A DNA stretch of 64,000 nucleotides, taken from positions 6,493-70,492 of the forward strand of contig CAJWSW010000006.1 of NCBI GenBank assembly GCA_913046035.1, read 5' to 3'. This DNA is from an uncultured Alphaproteobacteria bacterium. GTDB taxonomy: Bacteria; Pseudomonadota; Alphaproteobacteria; MPNO01; UBA830. The notes beneath the pieces are model-generated. The model did not search any database. It was given only the letters and a program-made list of their open reading frames with translations, and was not told the DNA's origin. Shown here piece by piece: positions 50,714-61,053 of the stretch (positions are counted from its first letter, which is position 1; every line of letters starts with the position of its first letter). The translations under genes and the position numbers were made by a program.

Positions 50714-52576
50714 ATGAAACGGCTCATTCTTTGGCTTATCGTAGCCCTGACAATTGCAACGCAGGCCGTAGCGGCTAACGTTGAGCCACGTCACGGCCTC
50801 AGTGTTTTCGGAGATCTGAAATATGGCCCGAGCTTCGAACACTTTGACTACGTCAACCCGCTCGCGCCCAAAGGCGGCGCGATCATGATCTCAGGCTTAG
50901 ACACGTTTGAGACCATCCATCCTTTCATTCTTAAAGGTCGGAAAGAACTGCTAGCGGAGCCCTTGCTTTACGACACACTTATGGCGCGGTCATTTGACGA
51001 GCCGGATTCATATTATAGTCTCGTCGCAAAGACAGTCGAAATACCCAAAGATAAGCGATGGATCGCTTTTAATATCGACCCGCGAGCAAAGTTTCATGAT
51101 GGCACACAAGTCACTGCCAGCGACATCGTTTTTACTTTCAAAGCATTAGTTAAGGAGGGTCACCCACGCTTCCGGATCAATTTCCGTGATGTTGCTGAAG
51201 CAAAAGCGACTTCGTCATCCCGCGTTATGTTTACTTTCAAGCCAGGTACTCACCGAGATTTGCCGACCCGGCTCGCTACACTGCCGGTCCTGTCCAAAGA
51301 CTATTACGAAGGAGTCGACTTCAACAAAACAACATTTCAGCCAGCACTTACTAGTGGACCTTATCAAGTAAGCAAAGTGGAAGCCGGGCGCTCAATTACC
51401 TATAAACGGGTAAAGGATTACTGGGCGAAGGACCTGCCTGTTAACAGAGGGCGTTACAATTTCGACCGCGTAAAAGTTGAGTACTATCGTGACCGCGAAG
51501 TTGCCTTTCAGGCGTTCTTCTCCAACCAATATGATTATCGTGAAGAATTCACGTCCCGTCAGTGGGCCACACAGTACAACAAACCCCCCGTTAACAAAGG
51601 GCTCGTGGTCCGCGAAACTCTACCGGACGAAACCCCATCGGGGGTGCAGGCATTCATCCTGAATCTGAGGCGCGCAAAATTCCAAGATATCCGTTTACGA
51701 ATAGCGATGGATTTGGCCTTCGATTTTGAATGGACCAACAAAACCCTATTTTATGGCCTATATGAACGCACTAATTCAATGTTCGAAAATTCAAACTTAG
51801 CTGCCAAGGGGCTGCCTTCCAAAGCAGAGTTAGCAATACTTAAGCCACTCCGCGGAGAAATTCCGAAAGAAGTTTTCGAACGACCGTTTAGCTCGCCTGT
51901 AAACGACGGCTCCGGCAGGATCCGCAGCAATCTGCGCAAAGCCAGTAGCCTGCTGAAACAAGCCGGATATTCCGTTAAAAACGGAGTTTTGCAGGATCGG
52001 TCAGGTCAGCCGCTTACGATCGAATTTTTGCTTTTCGAGGCTAGTTTCAAACGCATTATCAATCCCTATATCCGCAACTTGAAACGCCTAGGTATCCAGG
52101 CTTATCTCCGCATTGTGGATGTCGCCAATTTTAAACGCCGCCAAGACAAGTTTGATTTTGACGTGGTCGTTCGACGCATTGCTCAGCCGCTTACACCTGG
52201 AATAGAACAACGCAATTATTTTGGATCTGAGTTTGTCGACGTTGAAGGGTCCTTCAACGTTGGAGGTGTAAAAAACCCTGCCGTAGATGCATTGATAGAA
52301 GAAGTAATCACCGCTCGAAACCGCAACAAACTTATTGTTGCGACGCGCGCGCTAGACCGTGTTCTAATGTGGAACCGTTATGTCGTGACCCAGTGGTATA
52401 AGGGCGTACATAATATAGCTTACTGGAATAAGTTTGACCGTCCAGCATTCCCGCCAAAGTTTGACACTGGCGTGATCGACACATGGTGGTACAACTCGGA
52501 CAAGGCGTCGATGATTAAAAAAGGCGTCGCTCCACCAATCCCTGAGGGAGCGCTACCCCCTCCCAATGGCAATTAA
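50714..52576 (+). CDS. yejA: Peptide ABC transporter substrate-binding protein, YejA-like (copy 2)
   Basis: Signal peptide; HFDYVNPLAPKGG, FDFEWTNK, RALDRVL. Confidence 0.88.
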   Translation: MKRLILWLIVALTIATQAVAANVEPRHGLSVFGDLKYGPSFEHFDYVNPLAPKGGAIMISGLDTFETIHPFILKGRKELLAEPLLYDTLMARSFDEPDSYYSLVAKTVEIPKDKRWIAFNIDPRAKFHDGTQVTASDIVFTFKALVKEGHPRFRINFRDVAEAKATSSSRVMFTFKPGTHRDLPTRLATLPVLSKDYYEGVDFNKTTFQPALTSGPYQVSKVEAGRSITYKRVKDYWAKDLPVNRGRYNFDRVKVEYYRDREVAFQAFFSNQYDYREEFTSRQWATQYNKPPVNKGLVVRETLPDETPSGVQAFILNLRRAKFQDIRLRIAMDLAFDFEWTNKTLFYGLYERTNSMFENSNLAAKGLPSKAELAILKPLRGEIPKEVFERPFSSPVNDGSGRIRSNLRKASSLLKQAGYSVKNGVLQDRSGQPLTIEFLLFEASFKRIINPYIRNLKRLGIQAYLRIVDVANFKRRQDKFDFDVVVRRIAQPLTPGIEQRNYFGSEFVDVEGSFNVGGVKNPAVDALIEEVITARNRNKLIVATRALDRVLMWNRYVVTQWYKGVHNIAYWNKFDRPAFPPKFDTGVIDTWWYNSDKASMIKKGVAPPIPEGALPPPNGN

Positions 52577-52594
52577 GGGATATTCGAGTTCGCC

Positions 52595-53704
52595 ATGACC
52601 TCTTACATCCTCCGACGGCTACTACTGATTATCCCGACCCTGCTCGGCATCATGATCATAAACTTTGCTATAGTGCAGCTGGCACCCGGTGGTCCCATCG
52701 AACAGATCATTGCAGAAGTAAGCGGAACCGATGCTGGAACCACAGGACGCATTAGCGGCGGTGGCTCCGAAGTATCGGGCGGGTCATCTCAGAATTCAGC
52801 TGGAAGCACTGCCACCGATAATAGATATCGCGGAGCGCAGGGCCTAGACCCCGAATTTATTAAAGAGTTGGAACGCCAATTTGGTTTCGATAAACCGCTG
52901 CACGAACGTTTTATCGACATGATGGGCAACTTCATTACGTTCGATTTTGGCACAAGCTTCTTTCGCGATGAAACGGTGATCGATCTGGTTTTACAAAAAA
53001 TGCCGGTGTCAATTTCACTTGGCCTTTGGACTACCCTGATCGTCTATCTGGTGTGTATCCCGCTAGGTATTCGCAAAGCAGTTAGAGACGGAAGTCGTTT
53101 CGACGTTTGGACCACCACAGCATTGACTATTGGTTTCGCAATCCCGTCTTTTGTATTGGCAATTTTGCTAATTGTGCTCTTCGCCGGCGGCAGTTTCCTC
53201 GATATCTTCCCGCTTAGAGGACTGGTTTCGGAAGATTTTGATCAAATGTCTGCCGTCGACCAAGTTTTCGACTATCTTTGGCATCTTGTTCTGCCTATCA
53301 CGGCATTGGTGCTGGGAGGTTTCCTTTCACTCACAATGCTGACCAAGAATTCTTATCTCGACCAGATCAATATGCTTTACGTTCAGACAGCACGCGCAAA
53401 AGGTCTGAGCGAAACTCGCGTTATGTACGGCCATGTTTTCCGTAATGCGATGTTGATCGTGATCGCCGGGTTCCCCGGAGCGTTCGTCGGCATACTCTTT
53501 ACTGGGGCAATGCTCATCGAGATCATCTTTTCCCTTGATGGGCTTGGCCTGCTTGGTTTCGAAGCCGCGATCAAACGCGACTATCCTATAATGTTTGCAA
53601 CTGTTTATTTCTTTACCCTTCTAGGGTTGGTCATGAACCTAATTGGCGATCTGATGTACACTATTATCGATCCGCGCATTGATTTTGAAGGCCGCAATGT
53701 CTGA
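52595..53704 (+). CDS. yejB: YejB-like ABC permease
   Basis: YILRRLLLIIPTL, YRGAQGLDPEFI, TARAKGL. Confidence 0.93.
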   Translation: MTSYILRRLLLIIPTLLGIMIINFAIVQLAPGGPIEQIIAEVSGTDAGTTGRISGGGSEVSGGSSQNSAGSTATDNRYRGAQGLDPEFIKELERQFGFDKPLHERFIDMMGNFITFDFGTSFFRDETVIDLVLQKMPVSISLGLWTTLIVYLVCIPLGIRKAVRDGSRFDVWTTTALTIGFAIPSFVLAILLIVLFAGGSFLDIFPLRGLVSEDFDQMSAVDQVFDYLWHLVLPITALVLGGFLSLTMLTKNSYLDQINMLYVQTARAKGLSETRVMYGHVFRNAMLIVIAGFPGAFVGILFTGAMLIEIIFSLDGLGLLGFEAAIKRDYPIMFATVYFFTLLGLVMNLIGDLMYTIIDPRIDFEGRNV

Positions 53705-54800
53705 TACATTGAGGTCGTCAACAGCAGACCAAATCCCAACTTCAGTCAAACACGCACGCCTTTTAGGCATTCCTATTTCACCTATGAATGCACGGCGGAT
53801 CTCAAATTTCAAACGCAACCGGCGCGGGCGCTGGTCTCTTTGGGTTTTTCTAGCATTGTTCCTCGGCACGTTGCCGGCAGAATTTATTGCTAACGATCGA
53901 CCGCTGGTAATCTGGTATCAAGGATCTGTCTACACGCCCGTCCTAAACACATATGCAGAAACCGTGTTTGGTGGCGATTTTGAGACCGAAGCAGAGTACC
54001 GAGAACCAGAAGTGAAAGATCTAATTACCAGCAAAGGCGGCTGGATGATCTGGCCTCCAATTAAATTTAGCTACAACACCGTTAACCTAAACCTGCAAGT
54101 CCCAGCGCCTGCGCCTCCGTCCACTGAGAATGCCCTAGGTACCGACGACCAGGGTCGCGATGTCTTAGCACGGGTTATTTATGGATTTCGAATATCCGTG
54201 CTATTCGGTTTAATCCTGACTGCACTTGGGTCAATAATCGGAATAGTAGCTGGTGCGTTTCAAGGATTTTTTGGCGGCGTTTTAGATCTTTTTTTCCAGC
54301 GGTTTATCGAAATCTGGGGCGGGTTACCTCAACTCTACATCCTCATTATCTTATCGAGCGTAATCATCCCCGGTTTCTGGACACTATTACTGATCCTTTT
54401 ACTATTCGGCTGGACATCACTAGTTGGCGTCGTCCGCGCAGAGTTTTTGCGCGCTCGCAATTTCGAATTTGTACGAGCAGCACGAGCGCTAGGGGTAGGT
54501 GATATGACTATTATGTTTCGCCACGTATTGCCCAACGCAATGGTCGCAACCCTAACCTTCTTGCCACTTATCCTTACCGGATCAATCACTAGCTTAACCG
54601 CCCTCGATTTCCTTGGTCTTGGCTTACCTCCGGGATCACCGTCACTTGGTGAACTCCTTCAACAAGGTAAAACCAACTTACAGGCGCCATGGCTTGGACT
54701 CACATCAACAATCGCGATCTCATTAACCCTTGTCCTACTAATTTTTGTAGGCGAAGCAGTGCGCGATGCATTCGACCCAAAGAAGACCTTCAGTGACTGA
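53697..54800 (+). CDS. yejE: YejE-like ABC permease
   Basis: AEFIANDRP, LGTDDQGRDV, GEAVRDAFDP. Confidence 0.92.
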   Translation: MSDTLRSSTADQIPTSVKHARLLGIPISPMNARRISNFKRNRRGRWSLWVFLALFLGTLPAEFIANDRPLVIWYQGSVYTPVLNTYAETVFGGDFETEAEYREPEVKDLITSKGGWMIWPPIKFSYNTVNLNLQVPAPAPPSTENALGTDDQGRDVLARVIYGFRISVLFGLILTALGSIIGIVAGAFQGFFGGVLDLFFQRFIEIWGGLPQLYILIILSSVIIPGFWTLLLILLLFGWTSLVGVVRAEFLRARNFEFVRAARALGVGDMTIMFRHVLPNAMVATLTFLPLILTGSITSLTALDFLGLGLPPGSPSLGELLQQGKTNLQAPWLGLTSTIAISLTLVLLIFVGEAVRDAFDPKKTFSD

Positions 54801-56424
54801 TCCACTAATTAATATCAACGATCTCTCGGTTTCTTTTGGCGACAAACTTTCCGCAATACAGGCCGTAAGTAACGTGTCTTTTCGAATTGAGCACGGCGAA
54901 ACTCTGGCCTTGGTCGGAGAGTCTGGTTCCGGAAAGTCGGTAACCGCACTGTCGATTATGCAGCTGTTACCCTATCCTGCGGCTTTCCATCCATCAGGCT
55001 CGATTCGTTTCTTAGACGAAGAAATTATCGGTGCATCTTCATCTCGCATGCAAGAGATACGTGGAAATCGGATCGCCATTATCTTCCAAGAACCACTTAC
55101 ATCTCTAAACCCGCTACACACTATCGAGAAGCAAATCGGAGAAACCCTACTACTCCACAAAAAACTGGACAGGAGCGCTACCCGATCCAGGATTATCGAA
55201 CTGCTATGCGAAGTTGGCCTACCTAACGCAAGGGAACGGCTGGTCGCGTACCCTCACCAGCTTTCCGGCGGTCAACGCCAACGTGTAATGATTGCAATGG
55301 CGCTGGCAAACGATCCAGACCTATTAATTGCGGACGAACCAACCACAGCGCTCGACGTGACAATCCAAGCGCAGATATTGGGTCTGCTTCGGGAAATTCA
55401 AAAGAACCGGGGCATGTCAATCCTGCTCATAACTCACGATCTTGGCGTTGTGCGCAAAGTTGCAAATCGCGTATGCGTCATGAAAGATGGCAAAATTGTC
55501 GAGACTAGCGAGACCGCCCATCTCTTTCAGGCTCCACAACATCCTTACACCCAACACCTGCTCAAGGCTGAACCTTCGGGTAACCCGTTATCGGCGCGGA
55601 CTACAGAACGCCCGGTGATCAAAGCCGAAAACCTGCGCGTCTGGTTTCCAATAAAAAAGGGTCTGCTCCGGCGCACGGTAGGACACATAAAGGCTGTTGA
55701 CGGCATCGATATCACTATCCGTGAGGGCCAAACCGTCGGCGTAGTGGGTGAATCTGGTTCCGGCAAGACAACGTTGGCAATGGGATTGCTAAGATTAGAA
55801 AGCAGCAACGGCGCAATTACTTTGAAAGATGAACGTATTGACGGCTATGACTTTCGAAAGATGCGTCCTCTCAGGGAAAAAATGCAAATAGTTTTCCAAG
55901 ACCCATTTTCATCTCTGTCGCCACGATTGTCAGTTGGCCAAATTGTTGAAGAAGGTCTTCGGGTGCACAATCTGGCAGGCGACACCCTCGAAGAACGGCG
56001 CGAAGTGATATCGGCAGCGCTGGCGGAGGTTGGCCTCTCGCCAGACGTTCAAGACCGGTATCCGCACGAATTTTCGGGTGGTCAACGGCAGCGTATCGCG
56101 ATTGCGAGGGCCATTGTCCTGAAGCCAAAATTTATCGTTCTTGACGAACCAACATCTGCACTCGACATGTCAGTCCAAGCTCAAATAGTAGATCTTTTGC
56201 GCGATCTGCAAGAGCGCCACGGCCTTGCATATCTGTTCATTAGCCACGACCTAAAGGTAGTGCGGACGCTCGCTGATGAACTACTTGTTATGAAAGACGG
56301 CAGAGTTGTCGAGAGAGGTTCGGCCGAAGAGATTTTTAAAAGCCCGACTGAAGAATACACAAAGGCCTTACTTGCTGCAGCCTTTGACATTGAGGTAGTA
56401 AGCACACATACGGTTCACACGTGA
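54793..56424 (+). CDS. yejF: YejF-like double-domain ABC ATPase
   Basis: Two GESGSGK Walker A and two SGGQRQR signatures; GTG start overlapping the yejE stop. Confidence 0.92.
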   Translation: MTDPLININDLSVSFGDKLSAIQAVSNVSFRIEHGETLALVGESGSGKSVTALSIMQLLPYPAAFHPSGSIRFLDEEIIGASSSRMQEIRGNRIAIIFQEPLTSLNPLHTIEKQIGETLLLHKKLDRSATRSRIIELLCEVGLPNARERLVAYPHQLSGGQRQRVMIAMALANDPDLLIADEPTTALDVTIQAQILGLLREIQKNRGMSILLITHDLGVVRKVANRVCVMKDGKIVETSETAHLFQAPQHPYTQHLLKAEPSGNPLSARTTERPVIKAENLRVWFPIKKGLLRRTVGHIKAVDGIDITIREGQTVGVVGESGSGKTTLAMGLLRLESSNGAITLKDERIDGYDFRKMRPLREKMQIVFQDPFSSLSPRLSVGQIVEEGLRVHNLAGDTLEERREVISAALAEVGLSPDVQDRYPHEFSGGQRQRIAIARAIVLKPKFIVLDEPTSALDMSVQAQIVDLLRDLQERHGLAYLFISHDLKVVRTLADELLVMKDGRVVERGSAEEIFKSPTEEYTKALLAAAFDIEVVSTHTVHT

Positions 56425-56590
56425 GTTTTTTGAAACAGATCACGCTCATTTAAAGAACTTTCGCACGTGAAAAATATTTATCATTATCGACCCATGCCTC
56501 CAGTCGCGCTTGTTCGAAATTTGGCTCTTAACCGGCGCATAACTAGTCCCGGGTCACACAATTCTTGGTTTATTTTGGCAGGCTTTGAAC

Positions 56591-56989
56591 CTAATACCTG
56601 CCATCCTCCGTATATGGCACACCTCCTTCAAATGGTGTCGGGCTGGTAAGTTCGCGTCCAGCTGCAGACACCTGACCAGCAAATTTAGCCAAAAATAGAG
56701 CGCCTTTTACGGTAAGCTCAAGCTGAACGCTCCGACGGTCGTAGTCATCTCGCCGACGGCTGATATAACCTAATTGGCTAAGCCGATAGATTGCGCGCGA
56801 AATGGCGGGTTTCGAGATATTCAGGCCCTTCGAGAGCGAGCGGACCGTATGCGGCTTTGGCTCAGTATAAACCGTAAGCAAAATCGACATCTGCCGAGCA
56901 GACAAATCTGGATCGTCGCTACGGACACTTGCCGAGAGTGCGTTGCACCATAACGCAAGGGCATCATCTTCATTCAGAAATATCGGCAT
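56591..56989 (-). CDS. MarR-family winged-helix protein
   Basis: DLSARQMSILL, HTVR.L...LNISKPAISR, DRRSV; GGAGA RBS. Confidence 0.85.
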   Translation of the reverse strand: MPIFLNEDDALALWCNALSASVRSDDPDLSARQMSILLTVYTEPKPHTVRSLSKGLNISKPAISRAIYRLSQLGYISRRRDDYDRRSVQLELTVKGALFLAKFAGQVSAAGRELTSPTPFEGGVPYTEDGRY

Positions 56990-57121
56990 GCTATCTCCAG
57001 ACCGCACCGCGCTCTCGCTTTAAACGCACATCTTAAGTTTAGCCGAATCATGATATGCTTGACCATTTACTGGAGGCAGCGGAAAACAACTGGTATCAGT
57101 TTGCTGCCGGGAGACTGCATT

Positions 57122-57721
57122 ATGAACATGAAATTACTAATGCGTGGGCCGTCACCATTCGGGCGCAAATGCACATTCGCCGCACAGTATTTGGACCTTT
57201 CCGACAAAATCGAAATTAGCGAGCCCGAAAGTGAAGATCAAATCCGGAGCTTAAACCCGCTTGCTAAGGTGCCCGTTTTAGTGTGCGATGACGGAGTTAC
57301 AATTTTCGATAGCCGGGTCATCTTGGAGTTTTTGGACTGCTTAGCAGGCGGCGGAAAGATCATTCCATCCGATACAGCGGCACGTTTTGATGCTCTGTGC
57401 TCCGCGGCAATGGCAGACGGTATACTAGAGGCGGCCCTCCTAATTACTTATGAGGGCCGCTACCGGCCAGACCAAGAACCCTACAAACCTTGGCTTAAAT
57501 TCCAACAAGGTAAAATTCAGCGCGCGTTAGAAACAATGTCCAAGGCGCCCCCGGCGATAGCCCCCCTTACTGTAAGCAGCATAGGTCTTGGCTGCGCATT
57601 GGAATATATGGATTTCCGCAAACAGTACGCCTGGCGGCCGGAATTCCCAGCTCTGGTAGCATGGCTTAATGAATTCAACGCCGCTTACAGCACCTTCTCC
57701 GCAAGCCGTCCGTCGGATTGA
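57122..57721 (+). CDS. Glutathione S-transferase family protein
   Basis: SPFGRK, NPLAKVPVL, DSRVILEFLD. Confidence 0.9.
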   Translation: MNMKLLMRGPSPFGRKCTFAAQYLDLSDKIEISEPESEDQIRSLNPLAKVPVLVCDDGVTIFDSRVILEFLDCLAGGGKIIPSDTAARFDALCSAAMADGILEAALLITYEGRYRPDQEPYKPWLKFQQGKIQRALETMSKAPPAIAPLTVSSIGLGCALEYMDFRKQYAWRPEFPALVAWLNEFNAAYSTFSASRPSD

Positions 57722-57853
57722 AATGGCTCAACCAAGCTCAATTCCCTTATAGAAAAAGTCGCAGAACATTTAAAAACCTGTGAAGCTTATTCCACCGTCT
57801 CCGCAACAGACAAAGCACCCTATACCTACCTTTGATAAGGTAAGAGTAAAATT

Positions 57854-58408
57854 TTAAAAGCGGGAACAATCTTCAAGAAAAGGGAATTCCGCCACTGGCG
57901 TATAGTCAGCTCCATGCCTCCCCAAACGGCTCTCATAAAGCACAAATGAATGCGCCTTAAATGGTAGAGCAAAAAACGCGCCATTGACCTCCAGCCACCT
58001 TTGCACATGGTTAGGACGTGCACCGTTCATACGACCAATCGTAACGTGGGGCGTGTATTTTCGTCGCTCTGGCGACAATCCAACTCGGATCAAAGCCCGA
58101 TCTACCTTTTCGTGAAGCGCCATAAGTCCTTGGTTCTTTTCAACACCGACCCACACCGCGCGCACGCGCGACTTACTAGCAAACTGCCCAGCGCCGTTTA
58201 GCGCGATCTCAACCGGCGCCGCGCGAATTCCGCCGAGGGCCTGCACAATGTCATCAATCACTAGCTCGGACACTTCTCCGACAAAACGCAAAGTAATGTG
58301 AAGATCTCGGACGTCCACCCAGCGCGCTCCATCTATTCCACCGCCCAATGCAACCAGCCTCTTTCGACATTGATCAGGGAGAGCGAGTGCGACAAACAAG
58401 CGGATCAT
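57854..58408 (-). CDS. thpR: RNA 2',3'-cyclic phosphodiesterase (2H family)
   Basis: MIRLFVAL and the two HxT motifs HITL and HVTI. Confidence 0.92.
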   Translation of the reverse strand: MIRLFVALALPDQCRKRLVALGGGIDGARWVDVRDLHITLRFVGEVSELVIDDIVQALGGIRAAPVEIALNGAGQFASKSRVRAVWVGVEKNQGLMALHEKVDRALIRVGLSPERRKYTPHVTIGRMNGARPNHVQRWLEVNGAFFALPFKAHSFVLYESRLGRHGADYTPVAEFPFLEDCSRF

Positions 58409-58516
58409 TTTACAGCACTTCAATCCTACGGCTCTTCACCGCAGCACGGAGAATAGAATAAAAAAAACCCTATTAAGCAACTATCGGTGGGATTGGTTGA
58501 ATGCAAACTTCAATGT

Positions 58517-59647
58517 TTATCCAATTAAAGTTAGGACACCAGTGTAGCCATATAACCGATTATTAGAAATCTCACCGTTGGCGAAAAAACCAACAACCGG
58601 CACATCGTCTCCAAGGACATTCTGCACCGCCATTAATTCTTCTGAGTTCCGGCCGAAAAGATTAGGGCCACGCGCAACGCAAGAATAATATAGCGCCGCC
58701 TTTGGTTTGCCAGCAGCGCGCATGGTAATATCCGCTAGCATCCGTTGGAGGTCTTTCATCGCCGACGGCGCGTCGCGGCGAACGAACATTAACCGGTCGC
58801 CAGCAGATACCCGCTCTCCGATCGCAACCAGCTTGTTATCGGGGTCAACACCGACCACATTCCGAACCAAATAGTCACCCCGATCGTCACCAGAAACCGG
58901 GAGTGCAGCATGAATATAGCCACCCACGCGCTCCAGATTTTGCGCCAACACCTCACCGATATCTTCTTTGAAAACATCGAGTGCAGGGAGCTTATCTAAT
59001 TCAAAAATAATGTTGTCTTTTGCCTTCGTCACTTCGTGGATACTACCGACAGGTGAACAACCCTGACTGAGACCTGAGGTGACACTTACATCTCCGGAGA
59101 AAAACACCCCCGAAACTCCCCCTTCCGTGAGTTCATTAGCGATCTGTGGCTGCTTCCCTCGCGACGCTGTTAGTCCACCCACTAGAAACGCATCTGTATC
59201 ATCCGTGATTGAATTGAGAATATCGCCGACGTAGGCATTACGTGGATCGGCGTGCACAACACCCAGCATGGGGTTTTTTCGAGACACCCATTCCATAGCA
59301 TCGTCTGTTAAGGGTTCACCTGGCGTGGCGATGGTCGACATCACCTTGAAGGCATCGTCATCTAAGGCGCCGATCATAACTACAACCGCTGGGGTGTCGA
59401 AATATTCCTTTCCGCCCACCATAACGCCGAAGCCAACTGTACCGACCCAATGGGCGACACCAGTCTTTTCACGCAGACGGGCGGCAATTAACGGGAAGTC
59501 TGCATCAAGTGTGTCCGTAACGTACAGGAAGCCTAGATTGGCTCCGTCCGGAAGCCTTCCAATCTGCGCCAAACAAGAGGCCGTCAGAGTTTGCCAATCT
59601 GCATCGGATGCGTGGCCAACATAGAAATTCTGCGTGACGTTATTCAT
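58517..59647 (-). CDS. FIST-domain signal transduction protein
   Basis: FLVGGL, SQGCSP, YLVRN, SCVARG, GFFANGEI, GYTGV. Confidence 0.88.
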   Translation of the reverse strand: MNNVTQNFYVGHASDADWQTLTASCLAQIGRLPDGANLGFLYVTDTLDADFPLIAARLREKTGVAHWVGTVGFGVMVGGKEYFDTPAVVVMIGALDDDAFKVMSTIATPGEPLTDDAMEWVSRKNPMLGVVHADPRNAYVGDILNSITDDTDAFLVGGLTASRGKQPQIANELTEGGVSGVFFSGDVSVTSGLSQGCSPVGSIHEVTKAKDNIIFELDKLPALDVFKEDIGEVLAQNLERVGGYIHAALPVSGDDRGDYLVRNVVGVDPDNKLVAIGERVSAGDRLMFVRRDAPSAMKDLQRMLADITMRAAGKPKAALYYSCVARGPNLFGRNSEELMAVQNVLGDDVPVVGFFANGEISNNRLYGYTGVLTLIG

Positions 59648-59650
59648 TAT

Positions 59651-60319
59651 TTATTCCTTCTCATCCAGAAATTTCTCAATTGATGGCAAGATCCGTCCGA
59701 CAATGACCGTTACACCCCTTTCGTTGGGGTGGATACCGTCATCCTGGTTTAGGTCTCTCTTGGCAGCAACTCCTTCTAAGAAAAATGGGTAGAGCATGAT
59801 CCCATGTTTCTTCGAAAGATCTGTGTACACAGACCGGAAGGCATCGGTATAAACTTGGCCAAGATTTGGCGACGCATACATTCCGGCTAGCATAACCCTT
59901 ATATTTTTCGCCTTGAGATCTTTAACTATTTTGTCAAGATTCTGACGGGTCAGGCTAGGTGAGACCGCGCGCAGCATATCATTCGCGCCAAGTTCGACAA
60001 GCACGTGGGTCGGGGTTGATGCCAACACCCATTCAAGTCGCGCCAAACCACCTGAGGTAGTGTCGCCCGACACGCCCGCGTTGATCACGGTTACATCTCT
60101 TCCTTTTGCACGAAGGGCCGCTTCAAGCTGGGAGGGAAATGTCGCTTCCTGCGGCAATCCATATCCCGCCGCCAAGCTGTCACCGAGCACCAGGAGCCGT
60201 AGCGGTGTATTTGCATGTGCTGGTGTTCCGAAAGTTATCAGAGCAAAAACTATTACAAACAAGCGCTTGAGAATGCGCTTAATTGAGCTATATCGGGTGT
60301 TGCTTATCTTCCCGTTCAA
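59651..60319 (-). CDS. Arylesterase / TesA-like SGNH (GDSL) hydrolase, secreted
   Basis: GDSLAAGYG, NAGVSGDTT, ELGAND, DGIHPN; signal peptide ending PAHA; start uncertain (TTG 60319). Confidence 0.88.
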   Translation of the reverse strand: MNGKISNTRYSSIKRILKRLFVIVFALITFGTPAHANTPLRLLVLGDSLAAGYGLPQEATFPSQLEAALRAKGRDVTVINAGVSGDTTSGGLARLEWVLASTPTHVLVELGANDMLRAVSPSLTRQNLDKIVKDLKAKNIRVMLAGMYASPNLGQVYTDAFRSVYTDLSKKHGIMLYPFFLEGVAAKRDLNQDDGIHPNERGVTVIVGRILPSIEKFLDEKE

Positions 60320-60335
60320 AAATCGGGTAAAATGT

Positions 60336-61040
60336 ATGGAAAACAAAAGCGACACTCGGGCACCCATGATTCTACTCGAAGATGTTGAACTTAAGCTGGA
60401 GAGTGAAGCCGGGTTCGTCAACATCCTCAAAGGTATTAATTTAGAAATCACAGATGGCGAAACCGTCAGCGTGGTCGGTCCTTCTGGGTCTGGCAAAACC
60501 TCGATGATGATGCTGATTGGTGGTCTCGAGCGACAGACTGGAGGAAGTATAAATGTCGCCGGTAATGACCTGGAGAAACTCGACGAAGACGGTCTTGCCC
60601 GGTTCCGACGTGACAATGTTGGCATTGTTTTTCAGAACTTCCACTTAGTGCCAACAATGAGCGCTCTGGAAAACGTCGCAATCCCGGTTGAGTTGGCAGG
60701 CTTGGATAACCCTTTTGATCGGGCAGCCTCCGCACTTTCATCCGTCGACCTTGACCACCGGGCAGCACACTACCCCAGTCAACTGTCTGGCGGTGAACAA
60801 CAGCGTGTAGCGCTAGCACGAGCAATCGTTGCCGGGCCGCGACTACTTCTCGCGGATGAACCCACGGGGAATTTAGATGGCGCAACTGGTGAAACAGTTA
60901 TGAACCTGCTCTTTCAACTGCGCACCGATCATAACGCGACCCTACTGCTGATTACGCACAACCCAGCTCTTGCCGAACGATGCGGCCGGATAATCAGCTT
61001 AAATGATGGCCTGATCAGTAGCGACGAAGTTATTACGTGA
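60336..61040 (+). CDS. ABC transporter ATP-binding protein (YbbA-like)
   Basis: [26 protein letters not shown]; head-to-head with the arylesterase. Confidence 0.92.
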   Translation: MENKSDTRAPMILLEDVELKLESEAGFVNILKGINLEITDGETVSVVGPSGSGKTSMMMLIGGLERQTGGSINVAGNDLEKLDEDGLARFRRDNVGIVFQNFHLVPTMSALENVAIPVELAGLDNPFDRAASALSSVDLDHRAAHYPSQLSGGEQQRVALARAIVAGPRLLLADEPTGNLDGATGETVMNLLFQLRTDHNATLLLITHNPALAERCGRIISLNDGLISSDEVIT

Positions 61041-61053
61041 CAGACACAGTCGT

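Noticed and set aside
60060..60625. Apparent 560-nt overlap between arylesterase and the ABC ATPase
   Set aside because: Artefact of longest-ORF start choice; plausible starts (about 60319 minus and 60336 plus) give a normal tight head-to-head pair
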